Below the pieces are notes generated by a model. The model did no database searches and was not told where the DNA came from. It worked only from the letters and a program-made list of their open reading frames with translations. The position numbers and the translations under genes are program-made. Below are positions 34,663-36,714 of a stretch of DNA of 36,714 nucleotides, piece by piece; the stretch's first letter is position 1, and the number at the start of each line of letters is the position of its first letter. The DNA is taken from contig JAUCBJ010003440.1 in the NCBI GenBank assembly GCA_032718475.1, positions 1 through 36,714 of the forward strand, given 5' to 3'. This stretch comes from Nemertoderma westbladi. Lineage: Eukaryota; Animalia; Xenacoelomorpha.

Positions 34663-35265
34663 CGTGTCCGTGGTGACAAGGGAGGAGAAAATCGAGAAGT
34701 TGCCGCCTTCATGATTAGGGAGCGAGGACCCTATCGAGGAAGTTTTATTGCGGGTCGTAGTACCCATAATCAGCGCATTGAACGCCTCTGGAGAGATTTG
34801 TTTAGAATAGTACTTGTTTTATTTTACGATTTATTTTATTGGCTTGAGGACAATGGTTACTTAGATCCGCTCAGTAAAATTGATATTTATGACATACATA
34901 TAACTTACTTGGATAAAATACAGCATGCATTATCGGAGTTTGTACTTGCATGGAACTCACACGGTCTACGAACTGAGCGAAATTGGTCACCTCGGCGGAT
35001 GTTTATTAATAGTGTGATTAACTCCCGAGGTGATCCCGATATAGTTGATAATACTGATCTTTACGGTATTGATTGGAGCGGACCAGTAGCTGCAGAACAA
35101 GAAACTGCTGTCACTGTTGATGATATAGGGACTCCGTTATCAGCAGAAGCCCATGAAACGCTTATAAGGATAGTTAATAATGACATGCAAGAAATATCCG
35201 GAACTCTGCTTGTTAATTTGTATTTGAAGTGCAGGGATTATATTTACAATAATATTGATAATTAA
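34663..35265 (+). pseudogene. IS3EU-type (IS3/IS481-like integrase core) transposase, C-terminal part
   Basis: [10 protein letters not shown] (second D), [22 protein letters not shown] (E), [26 protein letters not shown] and YGIDWSGP. In-frame TAA at 34660-34662; no first-D segment found upstream. Confidence 0.8.
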
Positions 35266-35577
35266 ATAATTATTTTGATTACTGGTATCATTTAAAACGT
35301 TTTCATATTATATTTTGGGCAGAAGTGGAAAACATTAACTTTAACATTATTAACTTTTGCACAACATCATATTGTGTATTACAATTGAATTACTATTTAC
35401 ATGAGTCATAGCACAATTATTATTACAATTATGCTAAACATACTACATACTAAACACAGACATAAACTATAAACATAAACACAGATCTTCTAGTAGTGTT
35501 TACCTAGTAGTTTGTACCAAGTACACTGGTCTCCAGTTAACTTCGCCTCAATTTATTGTCTCAAATAATCAGCTGTT

Positions 35578-36714
35578 TTAAGCATCACTAAATGTTGTTG
35601 CCATATATATAGAGTGCAACATAACGTGTTTAAAATCGTCATAGTTATCTACTATTGGCAGTTTCAGCTCCATACCACACGTGTTACTACGTGGTATGCC
35701 AAGATAAAATTTCTGATCGGGGTTGATATCCTCTGGGTGAATAAATGTCACTGTTGGTTCCGGGTCGAAGCCGAGTTGGGGGACAACGTCTGAACCTGTC
35801 ACAAAGATTAGTAGGTCCCGCAGGTCGACCGTCTGGTCTGTACCAGGTACAACTTCGCCATCTGTATTCGTGTAGCTTAGTAAATAGTTTAGTTAAAATT
35901 TTAATTAAGTATAGTTAATTAAAATATTTTGTAATTACATATTTAATTTGTCCAAACTCCTCTTTTGCTAACTGGTTTGTTTCTTTATTGAATTATTTAT
36001 TAATTCAATTAATTAATTATTTATTACATGGGAAAAAAATTAATTCAAATGAAATTAATTCACTTTTTCGCCGGGAATAAAGTAAAATCAATGCATCCAA
36101 TGGGTTACTTTTTTTCCCTAGGGAATAAAGTGAAACTTTTCTCCCGATTTTCGGGTATATTCGAGCGAAAAAGAAACTATTTAAGAATAAAAAAAATATT
36201 TTATAATAAGAACAATTAATTAAATAATGAAAATAAAATACCTGACAGATCTTGAAGGAAGTCCTTCCAATACGTAGTAGTTCTCCTCTCCCTTCTCCGT
36301 CGATTGCTTTCTCCCGATGACGACCAAGTGATTTGGAAAAGATTATCTATTAGTTCAGCATCTAGTTGGCATTGACTGTAGACGAACAATTCTCTACAGA
36401 AATCTATATTGGCCCTGATGGTTTCTAATAACCCAAATTGTCCAAGTCCTTCTTGGAACCTAAGTTTGAAAGTATATTATAATATTTAACATTTTATAAT
36501 ATTTATCAAATGAAGAACACCATACAAAATATGCTATTTCGAAATTTCATGGTACTCACTGTTCAAGGGCTCCACGGTTCCTGTCGATTACTATGAAATT
36601 AATCATTGCCTCCACTAGATCGTGCTTTAGTTTTTCAGAATACTTTATAGATAAGTTAAAACAACCTGTCAGGCTAACCAGATCCTCAGCTTTTTCTAAG
36701 CATTACGAAAGTCC
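35578..36714 (-). CDS. G2E3-like HECT E3 ubiquitin ligase, last three exons (36560->window end, 36242-36459, 35578-35861)
   Basis: GT-AG introns 36460-36559 (gtgagt..ttag) and 35862-36241 (gtattt..acag) splice in frame: GALEQ/FQEGLGQFGLLE..WSSSGESNRRRRE..YWKDFLQDLS/DG..LRDLLIFVTGSDVVPQLGF..IPRSNTCGMELKLP (catalytic Cys). One apparent 1-nt frameshift near 36698. Confidence 0.85.

Noticed and set aside
34663-35265. Bacterial IS3 insertion or contamination
   Set aside because: The motifs ([20 protein letters not shown]) fit the eukaryotic IS3-like group, and the neighbouring gene has spliceosomal introns.

Overview
AT-rich eukaryotic (invertebrate-animal-like) genomic DNA, mostly transposon-derived. 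The one clear host gene is an intronless SPAK/OSR1 (STK39/OXSR1, Fray-type) STE20 kinase at 23238-24980. The left 20 kb holds an apparently intact TTAA-flanked Kolobok-like DNA transposon (92-3083) and two nests of elements. In nest 1, a decayed minus-strand gene that reassembles as PHD finger + vertnin-like OTU domain + MULE-type transposase (~3660-14030) is split by a CR1-group LINE, which contains a Gypsy element, which contains an RTE LINE. The same gene is separately split by a piggyBac-like foldback MITE. In nest 2, an RTE 3' fragment is split by a second piggyBac-like MITE, which contains a full-length Gypsy element with near-identical 233-bp LTRs. The right end has MITEs, a Helentron-type non-autonomous element, a SINE head, a second RTE next to a run of seven hairpins, and an IS3EU-type integrase lying tail-to-tail with a spliced G2E3-like HECT ubiquitin-ligase gene. 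The most interesting signals are the ubiquitin-pathway domains (HECT, OTU+PHD) associated with DNA transposases. Family calls come from motif recognition by eye; no database searches were run.
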